64,000 bases of DNA, taken from the NCBI GenBank assembly GCA_028534125.1, contig CM052816.1, positions 63,986,001-64,050,000 on the forward strand. The letters run 5' to 3'. Numbering within the stretch: position 1 is the stretch's first letter; each line of letters opens with the position of its first letter. This DNA is from Lama glama (Eukaryota). The position numbers were made by a program, and so were the translations under genes. The notes beneath the pieces were generated by a model. That model was not told the origin of the DNA, ran no database searches, and saw nothing but the letters and a program-made list of their open reading frames with translations. Shown in pieces: positions 61,621 to 64,000 of this stretch.

Positions 61621-62547
61621 ACGAAAGCAAAATCACAAACAAATGAACAAACAGAGGACCAAGGGTGAAGAGTCGTGGCACTGGATGACGCAGAAGCAGC
61701 AGCTGGCAGCCAGGAGGAGCCGGGTCTCCCTCATCTGCTTCTTCCTCTACCCCAGGATGAGCAAGAGCAAGACCGCAAACTTGGTCCCAACTGATGGAGT
61801 AAAAACATCATTGGTGCTAATTTGTGCCTAGACAGATGTATCAGTATGTCTCAAGCAGTATCATGAAGATGTCTTATTTTGGAAAAGCCTGTAGCTTCTG
61901 TCTCCTTTGCGATACAGAGCCCAAAGCATTTGTGTCCGCTCAGCATTCATGGATTTGCAAACTCGGCTTAGTGGATGCAAGCTGGCTGCGGCTCCTTCCC
62001 AGGGAAATGAGCCTCCTGCCCCGGCAGTGGGCTCTGATACAGTGAGCTTCTGGAAGCCTCTGCCCACAGTTGCTCCTCTTCCTCAGTACTTCTGGGTCAG
62101 TGGTTCTCAGTGGGAGTGTCGGGGAAGCTTGAGGGAACATTTTTGGGTTGTGTCAATGATCAGGAAGCACCACTGGCATTTGCTGGTAGGGGCAGAGATG
62201 TAGGTGTTCATTCTAGAGCACGTAAGACAATGGTCACAACAAAGAATTGTCCTGTGTCCCACATGACTTGGTGGTCCCACCAGATATGGATGCAAGTGAA
62301 AAACCTATGCACAGGTTCCTGAGACCAGAGCCTAATTGTGTTTTACGTTGCACAGTATTAATACACACTGAGTTATCCAATAATAAAACTACAGTTGGAA
62401 ATTGGGGGATGATTTACTTTGTTTTTCCCAAAACTTCACAGGGTTACTTATCATTTCCCAAAAACCTATCATGTATTTGAGTCACCAACAGGACACACCC
62501 ACATAAACTGGCTTTTGAAACTATCACATTTACGATGATTACATAAA

Positions 62548-62954
62548 CAGGTTTCCCCCTCGCTATCCAAAAGTAGAGTGTTCCTGTGAAGCCTTTCCTA
62601 AGTTGAAATGGCATAAAGTGAAGAAGCAATTACCTAAGGACACATCTTGCTACCAGATGCACAAAATAAACGGACATAAAGCACAGATGCTCCCAGACAT
62701 AGTTCAAAGCTACGGTGGCTTGACGCTGAGATGCCTAGTGTAGTTCCCAGGGAAGGAGCTGGCAGCACCTCTCTGCCTGCTGGGGGTGCGCACTGCCTCT
62801 GTAACACACACCAGTACTTCTGCTTTTCACCTTTTTCGTAAAAGGAAAAATCCTCTTTAGGTTTCTTTCAGTTGGGAAAAAACAGGGACTAATGTGCGTC
62901 TTTCATAAAAGCAAAGGGATGTAAAGCAAACTGGCCAAAAGCAGGGGATATCTG
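62548..62954. mobile_element. TcMar-Tigger-family MITE
   Basis: TIRs CAGGTTTCCCCCTCGCT / AGCAGGGGATATCTG followed by TA. Internal GTAGTTCCCAGGGAAGGAGCT. Confidence 0.75.
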
Positions 62955-63092
62955 TATGTCTTATTTCAAAACACCACTCTAAAGTGTCTTTGGTGTTCAG
63001 TTAAATGCCGTTTTACTTCTCTTAAATCCAAATATATTTGTTATAAGATGAGGAGAGCATCCAAGTACTTCCTTATGAATCCTACTTCTACC

Positions 63093-63247
63093 CCAGAGGT
63101 AGTACACAGCCCACCAGCAATGACAGGTACCAGCACCCCTGTTAGGAGGAAGGCTCTCGGGCCCCGCCCTGGAACTACTGAATCTCCGCCTGCATTTAAT
63201 AGGACCTCCAGGTGATTCAGATGCACATAAAAGTTTGAGAAGCTCTC
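63093..63247. mobile_element. MER5A1-like MITE
   Basis: CTCGGGCCCCGCCCTGGAACTACTGAATC...TGCATTTAATAGGACCTCCAGGTGATTCAGATGCACATAAAAGTTTGAGAAGC. Confidence 0.75.
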
Positions 63248-63709
63248 TTCTAGGTTACGTAGATCTGAACATGAAAAAAGTATTCTTTTATTGCAAAAGA
63301 TTTTCCTTTTATGGCTTCATTACATTTGGACATTGCATTAATTTTTTCATTATATGTAAAAGACGAGGTATGTTATCAACAAATTTCACCTCAAGAAAGT
63401 AAAATGGAAGTTATAAAATAGATTTTTATGAAAGAGGATGTCGTGTCTGATAGGGTCAAAAATGCAGCTCCAAGATCCCTGGAATTCAGTAACTGGGTGT
63501 GATGAACTTTGGAGCCTGTAAATGAGACTAGGGCACCAGAGTCAAATTTCTCTGAACTTGGCCATTTATAAACTCTAATGACTCCTAAATCTGTATCTCC
63601 AGCTAGTGTCTCACCCTCAGCACATACGTGATAAATCCCTGCTTTCTAAATATACATTTGCCAGATCACAGAGTAAGTGCCCTGCTGTCTTCCACAGGGT
63701 CAGGCTGCT

Positions 63710-63960
63710 CTCACTTACTTATTCTACAAATGTTTTTTGATCCCCTTCTATGGGCCACGCAATGTCACAGGGCTGTGAGTAACAGAAAGACAAAGCCCGC
63801 CTTTGTGGAGCTAACAACAGTCTAGTAGGAGAGCTAAGAAGCCCGCAAATAACTGTACAAAGAGTCAGAAACTGACAAGTGCACTGAGAGAGGTACAGAT
63901 AATGTGACGGAGATGACTTCTGCGTAGAAAGAACATTGAGAGGTCGCCAAAAGTCAGCGG
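63710..63960 (-). mobile_element. L2 3' fragment
   Basis: TCACTTACTTATTCTACAAATGTTTTTTGA...GCCTTTGTGGAGCTAACAACAGTCTAGTAGG. Confidence 0.55.
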
Positions 63961-64000
63961 AGCCCTCTACACTGCCTAGAAACCCATGGTCTCCCTCAGG

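Larger units (their letters stand above)
62098..63468. mobile_element. MER20B-like hAT-Charlie element (split by Tigger and MER5A1)
   Basis: CAGTGGTTCTCA...CTGGCATTTGCTGGTAGGGGCAGAGATG...CACAACAAAGAATTGTCCTG...; end GTCTGATAGGGTCAAAAATGCAG. Confidence 0.7.

Noticed and set aside
1..64000. ORF-track entries as protein-coding genes (longest: 192 aa at 48682-49260, 170 aa at 11981-12493, 166 aa at 32001-32501)
   Set aside because: All are short, overlap on both strands, often start at non-ATG codons and show no recognisable domains. The only recognisable peptides are decayed L1, L2 or ERVL.
1..64000. CRISPR arrays, operons, phage or other prokaryotic systems, NUMTs
   Set aside because: No regularly spaced repeat-spacer arrays, gene-dense segments or recognisable mitochondrial sequence were seen. 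The repeat content is mammalian throughout.

Overview
This window is eutherian mammal genomic DNA, most likely camelid (alpaca, llama or camel). The species call rests on one tRNA-Ala-derived SINE with the Vic-1-type tail at ~25.5 kb; I saw no Alu, Bov-A/BovB, PRE-1 or Can-SINE copies. The window is intronic or intergenic. No protein-coding gene is supported. The ORF track is short chance ORFs plus decayed L1 ORF2, L2 ORF2 and ERVL gag/pol fragments. Much of the sequence is ancient transposon debris (L1M, L2, MIR, MLT1, LTR16/33/41, an ERV3-16/HERV16-type provirus, hAT and Tigger MITEs), often nested several levels deep. Between these lie TE-poor blocks that look regulatory. There is also a decayed U6 snRNA retrocopy. 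The best leads are a 24-nt candidate microexon with neural (SRRM4-type) architecture at 23415-23438, a cluster of nested palindromes at ~39.4-39.6 kb, a near-consensus CTCF site in a CpG-rich block (~50.96 kb) and an inverted L1 patch inside another L1. I found no novel multi-gene system, CRISPR array or prokaryotic content. Repeat subfamily names come from recalled consensus sequences and most boundaries are approximate; confirm them with RepeatMasker/Dfam.
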